Below the pieces are notes generated by a model. It had not been told where the DNA came from. It saw only the letters and a program-made list of their open reading frames with translations, and did not search any database. From positions 70,883,863 through 70,923,484 of the forward strand of contig NC_068986.1 of the NCBI RefSeq assembly GCF_001194135.2: a stretch of DNA of 39,622 bases, in the 5' to 3' direction. The translations under genes and the position numbers were made by a program. Origin of the DNA: Octopus bimaculoides (taxonomy: Eukaryota). Positions 23,886-34,390 of the stretch are shown here, one piece after another (position 1 is the first letter of the stretch; every line of letters starts with the position of its first letter).

Positions 23886-24046
23886 CCTACCACCACTACC
23901 ACTACTGCTGTTGCTGCTACTACTCTCACTATCATCATTGTCATCATTGCTGTTGTCATCATCGTCATCGTTGTTCTCCTCTTCTTCCTCATCATTATCA
24001 TCACCACCATCACCCCACCCCCACCCCCATCATCATTATTATTATT
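23886..24046. repeat. Mosaic trinucleotide repeat (TAC/CAC/TGC/CAT/CCT/TAT)
   Basis: Read directly; it explains the four overlapping poly-T/H/S/L ORFs. Confidence 0.9.
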
Positions 24047-24349
24047 TTTGGTTCTGTATTTGTAACATAACTGAGAGCTCTTCTTAAGAGGCTTATTTGT
24101 TTGTCTATTAGGAGGCATTTTTAGTTTTTTTAATTATTGATATACATTTTGTTGCTAAATTAACGAGACTACCACTTGACTGGTTGGTTCCTGTTTCTTG
24201 CTCCTCTGGGACTAAAAATTAAAAACAAAATGTGAAAAATGTTGATTTGTAAAAATCATTTATTTAAAGATGGTTTGTGCCCACAGCCAGCTAATTGAAG
24301 GAAGAGGTGGGAGGTAATTTTAAGAGGACATTGGAAGCTACCTCTAAAT

Positions 24350-24763
24350 NNNNNNNNNNNNNNNNNNNNNNNNNNNNNNNNNNNNNNNNNNNNNNNNNNN
24401 NNNNNNNNNNNNNNNNNNNNNNNNNNNNNNNNNNNNNNNNNNNNNNNNNNNNNNNNNNNNNNNNNNNNNNNNNNNNNNNNNNNNNNNNNNNNNNNNNNNN
24501 NNNNNNNNNNNNNNNNNNNNNNNNNNNNNNNNNNNNNNNNNNNNNNNNNNNNNNNNNNNNNNNNNNNNNNNNNNNNNNNNNNNNNNNNNNNNNNNNNNNN
24601 NNNNNNNNNNNNNNNNNNNNNNNNNNNNNNNNNNNNNNNNNNNNNNNNNNNNNNNNNNNNNNNNNNNNNNNNNNNNNNNNNNNNNNNNNNNNNNNNNNNN
24701 NNNNNNNNNNNNNNNNNNNNNNNNNNNNNNNNNNNNNNNNNNNNNNNNNNNNNNNNNNNNNNN
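24350..24763. other. Assembly gap (414 N)
   Basis: N run. Confidence 1.
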
Positions 24764-24908
24764 GACTCGATGGCAGCAGTAACAAGAAAAACAATAGTGA
24801 AAAACAAGATAGCATAGAAAAAATGTATTTACATTTTTATTTTTTCTACAGAGAAGCTTTGTAATATTTAAATACATACATTACACATACAAATATGCAT
24901 GCACATGT

Positions 24909-24943
<35 letters not shown>

Positions 24944-25639
24944 CATGTACATATACATGTACACATACATGTGCACATATATACACACTCATATACACAT
25001 ATATATTGGTGGAAGATATAAACGTTAGTGATAAACTGCAAAATCAATGATACTAATCATTCTTTGTTTCAGAAATGCAGTGAACTTGAAATAGTCATGT
25101 TGAAAATTTGCCTAGCTAATGATGTTATAGCTCACACACTGCTATACATGGGGCTACTATAGGTTAAGGTTGGCCATGCATTGTATACATATATGTGAGC
25201 CTAGGCAAGATTTATTGAGTAAGACATGAGAATTGTCTATGTATGCAAGTTTTCTCTCCTTATGTCATCAATGTTTATCTAAAACAAAGGCAGCTGATTG
25301 AGGCTGACACAGCTTAGCATCAGTGTAATTGCGACCATTGCTATTAGGATGCAAAGATCCAGGAAAGATACTGCAAGGTATCTCACCTCTAAACCTCGAA
25401 CAGTTCTAACCAATCTACTGCCTTGGAATTTCATATTGACCTTGTAAAGATGAAAAGCTAACTTGGCCTTGCTGGGATCTGAACTTAGAGAGCAGATAGT
25501 TGGAAGAAATATTGTGAGGTTTTCCATCCAACATTATAATGTTTTTGTAAATTTGCTGAGATATAAAATATGTGAGTGGATTCGGTAGATGAAAACTAAA
25601 AGAAGCCTGTCATATACGTGTGTGTGTATGTTACCGTTG

Positions 25640-25872
25640 TGGAGGCATGTAACTTAGTGTTTAGGGTATTGGGCTCATGATCCTAAGATTGTAGTTTTGA
25701 ATCCTGGGCCAGGCGACACGTGTTCTTGAGCAAAACATTTCATGTTGCTCCAGTCCACTCAGCTGGCAAAAATGAGTAATCCTGCAATGGACCTGTGTCC
25801 CATCTAAGTTCAGAATATATATACCACAAAACTGGGAAACTGGCCCTTGTAAGTCAACATGACTCAAGAAGG
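25640..25872 (+). mobile_element. Degraded tRNA-headed SINE
   Basis: tggaggcatgtaacttagtgtttagggtattgggctcatgatcctaagattgtagttttgaatcctggg...gtgttcttgagcaaaacatttcatgttgctccagtccactcagctgg. Confidence 0.7.
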
Positions 25873-25989
25873 TAACTTTACTTGCTTTACTTTATGTTAT
25901 CATTTCTTTGTTTTGAGATAGTTGTCAATGGATGGTGCCATCATGCAAATGGTATCCTTTGTTTCCAATGTTCCATAGAAACATATCTG

Positions 25990-26136
25990 GTCATGGTGAA
26001 ATGTTACCTTGCTTGGAAACAGGTGAGTGTTGGTGACAGAAAGGGTATCCAGCTGTAGAAAATCTGCCTTAACAAATTCCATCCAACCCATGTAAGCATG
26101 GAAAAGTGGATATTAAAACAATGATGATGATGATGA
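25990..26136 (+). mobile_element. SINE/LINE 3' tail with RTE-type end and (GAT)n
   Basis: aagggtatccagctgtagaaaatctgcc...ccaacccatgtaagcatggaaaagtggatattaaaacaatgatgatgatgatg. A decayed sibling is at about 34215-34340. Confidence 0.72.
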
Positions 26137-28132
26137 CATCAGTTTCTTTTACATACTTAGTTTGTGTGTGTGCACACACACATACTCAGATATAATATTC
26201 AGATATAATATCACAATAAGTTCTGTTATAATTAAGTTTTCCATTGTTACACCTTGCAAACATTATTCTTTTAAAAGATAACAAGTTTAGAGATTTTAGT
26301 TTTAATGGTGAAGAGAGCAATAGCCCAATTACCTTTGAAAGATAAGCTGTTTAATGCAAATAATTTGATAATTAAATTTTTTTTCTTGCTGTTCCTATCA
26401 TTTTTAATTTTGTAACCTATTAACTTTTCTGTAGCCATTTCAAATCTCGATTAAATAGAGAAAACCATTTTCAATTATAAATACTGAATGATAAAAAGCA
26501 TTATTGAATAAGTAATGACTTTAATGTATCTTAGAATAAAGTGTGTGAACTAACTGTAGATATTAATGTGAGTGATTTTGCTGTCTTCTGCTACAAAGTA
26601 AAATAGTGTTAATTTCATTATATAGACTTTTGCTTTATCATTACATAGATAGACATATCTTCTGTTGAATTGAACATATGTAAGATTTTACTTCTATTAA
26701 AAGCTCATCAGCAGCTTTGGAAACTTTTAGAATTTGTTGGTGATCAGTACTGAAGATTAATACTCAGCTGTCATAGAAAATTATACACTCACATTTGAAT
26801 ATAATTTATAGGTCTAAAAATAACCATACACAGACTTTGAAGGAATATTGGGAGCAAGTTTTAAGAGAATGTAATTATATATATTTTTAGTTACCAAAAA
26901 TACATTAATCATCCTAAATGATTTTGAAATACTTCACTAATGATTCATCAATGAAATAAGAGTTTCGTTTCTCAGTGCTAGCTTTAGAGAATTGCTACAA
27001 AGCAGATATATGATGGCAAGTAACTGGAACAGAATACTTCAAAAGCATTCAATGTGTCAAAAGATTGAAGGAATTATTTTTTCTTATTCTTTAATCAGAT
27101 TGTACTCATTTAACTGGTTTTCTCAAAGCAGAGTGCTATATGGACTGAGTTTGTGATTGATAAAAAAAAAAAATGAGTAGTCTGCCTTAAATTTAGCATG
27201 GTGGTACGAGAATTGAAATTTCTCAGTTAAAAGTTACTTAGCATCTAAGAACATTGTACATCACTATAAATCATTTTATTCTCTACTCTTAGACATTATT
27301 TCTCAGTTTTTGAAATTTGATTTTTATATCTTTTTAACCAAAACATTTGGCTGTTATTCTGATATAATCCCAGTAAACATTTGCAATATATATTACATGT
27401 TAATTTGCAATATAATTTCTTTTCAATAAATTGGAAAAAATTAATATAAACATAAAAATCATGGATAAAACAATATAAAATTGTAAATATGAATTTTAGA
27501 CAAATGTATAACTTGTATTTCAAGATTTAATCAATGGCAATCATAGGATTGAAGTTTCATTGAGTCTAGTATCTACATAAGGAATCATTTTATAAAACAT
27601 GATTTTAACCATTTTGTTAGCATAGTCCTGTTGAAATACACTGTCTTTGTTTTAATTCATTCAAAAAATTTTTCAAAATTTAGTAAAATAACTTTGTCAT
27701 TACTAAGCTGGTGCTTGGAACATAGATTAACAAGAAATTCTGATGGCAGGTTTTAGTTTTAAAACATGAATTGTGTGTCGTAGAATGAGATATAATCTCA
27801 GGCAGTTTGATATTAAAAAAATTAATCCATGTTAAAGACACAGATTTGTTTTTCGAAGGTAAAAGTCATCAATAGTATTGAAATATTTTACTTTTTATTT
27901 TTATTCTTGTTGATAAGGAAGATAATGATAACAGGTGCTTATTTATTTATTTAAAGTTTATATTGCATGTATATGTGCATATACATTATATTTTGTGGGT
28001 ATATATGGCTGTGTGAGTGTCTATGTATATTTATATATATATATATAAATATACATAGCCATCTGAAAATCCAGGATAACAAACAGTAATATTTCCAATG
28101 TGGAGTATATAATAAGCAAAGATTGAAGTGAT

Positions 28133-29519
28133 ATGAGATGCAAAAGATCGAAGTTAGTTTTTGTATGTGGCAGATGTTCAGGTGCAATAAACACTGTAAA
28201 CAAACAGGAAACAACTTCTATCTCATTCCAGGGAGAAAAACTAGAGGTAGTCGATAGCTTCTGCTATCTGGGTGACCAAGTTAGTAGTGGGGGTGGCTGC
28301 CCTGAAAGTGTAGCTGCTAGAATAAGAATAGCCTGGGCCAAGTTTAGAGAGCTCTTACCTCTGCTGGCGACAAAGGGACTCTCACTCAGAGTAAAAGGCA
28401 GACTCTATGATGCATGTGTACGAACAGCGATGCTACATGGCAGTGAAACATGGGCTGTGACTGCTGAGGACATGCGTAAGNNNNNNNNNNNNNNNNNNNN
28501 NNNNNNNNNNNNNNNNNNNNNNNNNNNNNNNNNNNNNNNNNNNNNNNNNNNNNNNNNNNNNNNNNNNNNNNNNNNNNNNNNNNNNNNNNNNNNNNNNNNN
28601 NNNNNNNNNNNNNNNNNNNNNNNNNNNNNNNNNNNNNNNNNNNNNNNNNNNNNNNNNNNNNNNNNNNNNNNNNNNNNNNNNNNNNNNNNNNNNNNNNNNN
28701 NNNNNNNNNNNNNNNNNNNNNNNNNNNNNNNNNNNNNNNNNNNNNNNNNNNNNNNNNNNNNNNNNNNNNNNNNNNNNNNNNNNNNNNNNNNNNNNNNNNN
28801 NNNNNNNNNNNNNNNNNNNNNNNNNNNNNNNNNNNNNNNNNNNNNNNNNNNNNNNNNNNNNNNNNNNNNNNNNNNNNNNNNNNNNNNNNNNNNNNNNNNN
28901 NNNNNNNNNNNNNNNNNNNNNNNNNNNNNNNNNNNNNNNNNNNNNNNNNNNNNNNNNNNNNNNNNNNNNNNNNNNNNNNNNNNNNNNNNNNNNNNNNNNN
29001 NNNNNNNNNNNNNNNNNNNNNNNNNNNNNNNNNNNNNNNNNNNNNNNNNNNNNNNNNNNNNNNNNNNNNNNNNNNNNNNNNNNNNNNNNNNNNNNNNNNN
29101 NNNNNNNNNNNNNNNNNNNNNNNNNNNNNNNNNNNNNNNNNNNNNNNNNNNNNNNNNNNNNNNNNNNNNNNNNNNNNNNNNNNNNNNNNNNNNNGAGCGT
29201 GACCGTTGCCAGTACCGCCTGACTGGCCTTGTAGGGTTTTCGAGTGAGATCGTTGCCAGTGCCCCTGGACTGGCTCTTGTGCGGGTGGCACATAAAAGAC
29301 ACCATTTCGAGCGTGGCCGTTTTCGTGCCGGTGACATGTAAAAGCACCCACTACACTCTGAGTGGTTGGCGTTAAGAAGGGGATCCAGCTGTAGAAACTC
29401 TGCCAAATTAGATTGGAGCCTGGTGTTGCCATCCGGTTTCACCAGTCCTCAGTCAAATCGTCCAACCCATGCTAGCATGGAAAGCGGACGTTAAACGATG
29501 ATGATGATGATGATGATGA
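28133..29519 (+). mobile_element. Young 5'-truncated RTE-clade LINE (interrupted by a gap)
   Basis: Stop-free 28133-28480: KLVFVCGRCSGAIN...LEVVDSFCYLGDQVSSGGGC...RIRIAWAKFRELLPLL...KGRLYDACVRTAMLHGSETW (F-YLG and YGSETW-like RTE motifs). After the gap, a CpG-rich 3' UTR and (GAT)n ending at 29519. Confidence 0.92.
28481..29194. other. Assembly gap (714 N) inside the RTE element
   Basis: N run. Confidence 1.
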
Positions 29520-29599
29520 ATATGGTTGTAGCTGTTTCATAATTTACTCCAGACTACATCATTAGCATTGACACATATGTACATACATAGTATATACTC

Positions 29600-29641
29600 T
29601 GCACGCACGCACGCATGCACACACACACGCATGCACGCACG

Positions 29642-29672
<31 letters not shown>

Positions 29673-29712
29673 TATATAGATATATGCATATATATATATA
29701 TATGCACATACA
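29600..29712. repeat. (GCAC)/(CA)/(TA) compound microsatellite
   Basis: Read directly. Confidence 0.9.
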
Positions 29713-30369
29713 ACATTATATAATACATTTGCATAGTTTGTAAAGATGCAGAATAGAGAAAACTAATCTTCAAACTTTATACTAGAATATTTTAGGGTCA
29801 TCACTGATACATGAAGAAAATCATTTCTTTCCTGGACTGATACTGCCTTGATGGGAAAGGATATCTATTCTTTTCAGCTTGCAAAATACACCTGGTTTAT
29901 GGGTGGTATTGAAAGGAACTCTGGACTCTTCCAATAAACATGACACCCACTGAAAGTAAATTATCTTTTCAATTATACATGCATACAACATACAATTGAC
30001 ATGACTTGAGGAGGTATATATACCAGTGGAGTGATAATTTTTAGGGTGGGATTGAGAATATGTTAAATATAGAAGAAGTAATGGCGGTGATTTGTATCTA
30101 TTGAACCAGAAGTGTTACTTTTGTGAAGACTTTTTGAAGAAATGGGGGAAAAAATGCATAAAATAAACAATAATGTTTATAAGCAAGAACTACTTGACAC
30201 AGTTTTGTTTTTATTGATTCCAGTCAAACAGACTATGACATGCCATATTAATATGATAAATTCCACATTTTGTTAAGTTTTCAATATATGCAAAAAAGTG
30301 CATAGATATTTATTTTGATTTATTATGCTCTTTATTTTCATGACACACTATTCTGAAAATATTTTCCAG

Positions 30370-30465
30370 GCTCTTGGAGAAATTGTTGATATTGGTGCTG
30401 ATACCAAATTGTCAGTGGGACAATCTGTGATGTATATGTTACATGGAGCATTTGCTGAATATAAG
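30370..30465 (+). CDS. PTGR3: PTGR3-like coding exon 3 (ALGEIVDIGADTKLSVGQSVMYMLHGAFAEYK)
   Basis: attttccAG acceptor, 96 nt, AAG|GTTTAG donor. GxV...GxFAEY motif of the GroES-like domain. Confidence 0.93.
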
Positions 30466-31779
30466 GTTTAGAAAAATTTTCTTATTTTGCTTAATACTGA
30501 TGAAATTAATTATATTTTCTTTTAGTAGTCACCATTAATGTTTAAGCACTCTCATTTAAACCATTCTAACATACTTTAATTAGAATATGATATGAATTTT
30601 TTTGATCCAATGTAATTTAATATACTAGGCCTAACATTCTAGAGTTCTCTGAAAGTATTTCCACTTGGCACATGAAAGGTCAATGATTATTATCTATTTG
30701 TGTCAAATGCACATATCAGTGAAGTAATCTTTGATAGAAACTTGTTTGATTTCATCACAAAGTTGATACAGATAAACCAGTCCTAAGATATGTGTTACAC
30801 ATCATCCTTAGATCTAATCAATATTAATTTCTTTTTGTTTTGCATGCATAACATGCCAAGAAAATATTGATATGTTAAAATTATAATCTTTCTGTATATA
30901 AACTAATATTTCAGTGATCAAATATTTTTATCAACCATCTTAGTTTATTTGCTTAAAAGTATACTAAAATTTGTCTACTTTTCCTATGGAAATATAAAGC
31001 GGTTCATAATATTCATATTTAGGCTGTTCTTGATTATTGTGGTAAAACAAAAGGGTTTTTACCTAGGAAATCTATCTAAAATCAAATTATAGTTTGTGCA
31101 TCCATTAAATTCATTGATTACACAGAATTGAGTACTTGTCTTTTCTTTTCCTGCTACTAATTATGACCAGTTCCTCCAAACCTTTTGTTTTGTTACCTAC
31201 CTTACTCTTTGGCAATATTCAGATTTTTTGACTTAAATGTCTTTTTTATATTTGTAATTCTTATGTAAATGTTATATTGATTTTTCACTGGGAACTAGAT
31301 CAACTTTATGAACTAAAATTATTTTGTAATGGATTTAAGGGTTAGAATTAGAGAAAAAAATACTTTACTTGCAATTATCTCCTAAAGAATATGGTATTTG
31401 TGGATTTCCACTCTATAAATTTAAAGTTTATTTTATTCATTTTACTCTCTTACAGTGAATTTGTTGTGACTTTTTAATTATCGTTTTAGTTTAAATGTTT
31501 TGTAATTTCACCTCATAAATGTATTTCTTTTACTCTTCTAATAGTTGATGATTGTGTAAAGTGTCAATGATTTCTTCAAGATTTGATTGAATAAGCATGT
31601 GATTATGGTTTGCAAATGACCATAAACACTGCTGGACTGAGAGAACTCTTGAGTCTTATTGAAGATATATTAACTGGTGCCACAACAAAATGCATTAACT
31701 ACACTTTGTAAAGTGGTTGCTGTTATGAAGGGCATTCAACCACAGAAACCATGCCAAAAAAAAAAAGGACATATGAGTG

Positions 31780-32606
31780 GGAACTAGTTCAAAACGGGGG
31801 CACCAATTTTCATTTATGTTTTATGTAGTGTTTTTGGTACTGAAAGACTTTCAAACTTCGTATACTTATCTATTTTGTGTTATAGAACAGAAAAAAATTT
31901 TTGTATTCAAAGTTATTTCATGTAAAAAATTGTCTTATTTCGATAATTTCAACCAATNNNNNNNNNNNNNNNNNNNNNNNNNNNNNNNNNNNNNNNNNNN
32001 NNNNNNNNNNNNNNNNNNNNNNNNNNNNNNNNNNNNNNNNNNNNNNNNNNNNNNNNNNNNNNNNNNNNNNNNNNNNNNNNNNNNNNNNNNNNNNNNNNNN
32101 NNNNNNNNNNNNNNNNNNNNNNNNNNNNNNNNNNNNNNNNNNNNNNNNNNNNNNNNNNNNNNNNNNNNNNNNNNNNNNNNNNNNNNNNNNNNNNNNNNNN
32201 NNNNNNNNNNNNNNNNNNNNNNNNNNNNNNNNNNNNNNNNNNNNNNNNNNNNNNNNNNNNNNNNNNNNNNNNNNNNNNNNNNNNNNNNNNNNNNNNNNNN
32301 NNNNNNNNNNNNNNNNNNNNNNNNNNNNNNNNNNNNNNNNNNNNNAATAATTTTATCACCGCCAGAATCGTTTGAGAATCGTTTGTTTACGTAGTCAGCA
32401 CTTACTGTATTCGGCTGAATGGACGTCAGTCATTGGTTGAAATTACAGAAATGCGACAACTTTAACATGAAATAAGTTGCAATATAATAATTTTTCTTAA
32501 GAAGACTAAGAGAAAAAGATGTTTTATATGACACATTCTACCAGTGTCCCAAGTTTCAAAGTGTTTCGTTAAAAAAATACTGGTGTCCCCGTTTTGAACT
32601 AGATCC
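31780..32606. mobile_element. Non-autonomous TIR DNA transposon with 8-bp TSD (GG..CC termini), spanning a gap
   Basis: Left TIR GGAACTAGTTCAAAACGGGGGCACCA (31780-31805) vs reverse complement of right TIR GGATCTAGTTCAAAACGGGGACACCA (32581-32606): 24/26. Perfect TSD TATGAGTG at 31772-31779 and 32607-32614. Confidence 0.88.
31958..32345. other. Assembly gap (388 N)
   Basis: N run. Confidence 1.
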
Positions 32607-32960
32607 TATGAGTGAAATGTAATCTTCCAACCTACTTAGGAAGCAGAAACCCAAAATAAGAACTGATATGGACTGTAATGATCTGTTCAATCCATGATAG
32701 CATGGAAAACATATTTCAGATGATGATGATGATGATGACAACAACAACAGTGACAAAGATGACATGGTGACAATGATGTTGTTTGACTATCTTAGGTCAA
32801 TCTTGATTGAAAAAATCTATGATTAGAAGAATTCCAACTGTGACTATCTTATCTTTTTAATGTTTTGTTGGAATGGTTTGTCTAATGTCTTTCCTTCAGT
32901 TCTATATTTAAGAGATGAGGAATTATGTACATTATTTACATCCTCATCTTGTTTGTTGTT

Positions 32961-33006
32961 AACACAACGTTGCAGCTGATATACTCTCCAGCCTTCTTCA
33001 GGTGTC
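32961..33006 (-). ncRNA. Minimal type-I hammerhead ribozyme motif (A13C variant)
   Basis: Minus strand: GACAC CTGAAGA A GGCTG GAGAGTATAT CAGCT GCAA CGTT GTGTT. Helix I GACAC/GTGTT, helix II GGCTG/CAGCT, palindromic helix III; GAAA is mutated to GCAA. Confidence 0.65.
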
Positions 33007-33053
33007 TTGGGGAAATTTCAAACCTGGGTTCTCGTTCCTAAGGTATTTTTTGA

Positions 33054-33096
<43 letters not shown>

Positions 33097-33284
33097 TGTT
33101 CTGGTCACTGCTTGGAATCGAACTTGGAATCTTGGGGTTAGTAGCCCATGCTCATAACCCCAAGATTCCAAGTTCGATTCCAAGCAGTGGCCTGAACAAT
33201 GACAGTAATAATAATAATAATAATAATAACAACAACATCGAAAAATACCTTAGGAATGAGAACCCAGGTTCAAAATTTCTCCAA

Positions 33285-33330
33285 GACACCTGAAGAAGGC
33301 TGGAGGGTATATGAGCCGAAATGCTGTGTT
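33285..33330 (+). ncRNA. Minimal type-I hammerhead ribozyme motif (U16.1C variant)
   Basis: GACAC CTGAAGA A GGCTG GAGGGTATAT GAGCC GAAA TGCT GTGTT. CUGANGA and GAAA are intact; the helix III / NUH site is mutated from CGTT to TGCT. Confidence 0.65.
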
Positions 33331-33930
33331 AACAACAAAGATGAGGACAAATATCCGTCGAATGTAAATAGATGTCTTTCCTCATTTAAGATGATAAAAT
33401 GCTATCTGAGGAATTTTTAGCTCCTGTTTTTAGCAGGTGATTATATAGAAGCTACCATGTTGACTCATTATGCTTAGTGTAACTAGTAAAAATATTGACA
33501 TTTGAAATATTTACTTTTGAAATGGGTCCAGTATAAGTACCAGCTTCAAGCCTGGCATGAATAAGACTACCACAAGTTGCTGTGTGAAAAAGGTTTGAAA
33601 GAATAACCATATTGCATTGTCTGTTGTGCAGATTAACAAGGGACATGTTTGGATTTTAAGTGGAGGTGTCCATTCAAAAAATATGTTGCACTCTCCACCC
33701 GATGCCAGTGCAGCCAACAATAACCCTGCAACTTATTGTAGGAGGCGAGGGGTAGGAGCGCAAAGGATACTTGTCCGAAGATCCTGAAGTGGGTCCAGAA
33801 GGGAACAACCTATAGTTAGACAAAGATTTTGTTACATATTAAAAATTGAAGGGAAATAATTTTCTTTGTAATGTATATATCTGAACATTATCTTTCAAAT
33901 CTCACTAACCAAGAAGTTTGAACATTCAGC

Positions 33931-34125
33931 AAGGCCCTGTGGCTTAGAAGTTTGCTTCCCAACCATGTGGTTTCTGGTTCAGTCCCACTTTATGACACCT
34001 TCGATCGGTGTCTTCAAGTATAGCTTTGGATCAATAAAAGCCTCATGAGTGAGTGGATTTGGTAATGGAAACTGAAAGAAGCCCATCGTAATTCAGTCTG
34101 TGTGTGTGTGTGTGTATGTGCATGC
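33931..34125 (+). mobile_element. 5' half of the (TG)n-containing SINE family (cf. 17105)
   Basis: agaagtttgcttcccaaccatgtggtttctggttcagtcccac...gtggatttggtaatggaaactgaaagaagcccatcgt followed by (TG)n. Confidence 0.8.
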
Positions 34126-34390
34126 ATACCTCTCTGTTTTGACATCACATAGTTGTAACTGAATGTCACTATCATATCTGGTGTTATTCATCTTCATTCT
34201 AACATGAAAACAGTCTAGTTACAGGGAAATATTAGTTTGCTTGGAAACAAGTGTAGACTGGTCATAGGAAAGGAATTTGACTAGAAAATCTGCTGCAATG
34301 AATTCTGTCTGACCCATGCAAGCACAGAAAAGTCAACATTGAAACTATGAGAATGATGACTGTTATATAGCTTTGGTTTGAATATTCATA

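Larger units (their letters stand above)
32896..33371. mobile_element. Palindromic (head-to-head) tRNA-like-headed element with (AAT)n spacer and hammerhead-bearing tails; 11-bp TSD
   Basis: Arms about 32941-33140 and 33155-33348 are reverse complements; the inner 35 bp are perfect (33106-33140 vs 33155-33189). Direct repeat ATGTCTTTCCT at 32885-32895 and 33372-33382. B box GTTCGATTC at 33172-33180 (+) and 33123-33115 (-). Confidence 0.85.

Noticed and set aside
23834-24118. His-, Thr-, Ser- and Leu-rich ORFs
   Set aside because: Translations of a trinucleotide mosaic, with no splice context linking them to the gene.
24256-24877. Long ORFs over 24256-24877, 28386-29442, 31777-32394 and 38529-39078
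   Set aside because: Artefacts of N runs translated as X. Only 28133-28480 has real (RTE) coding signal.
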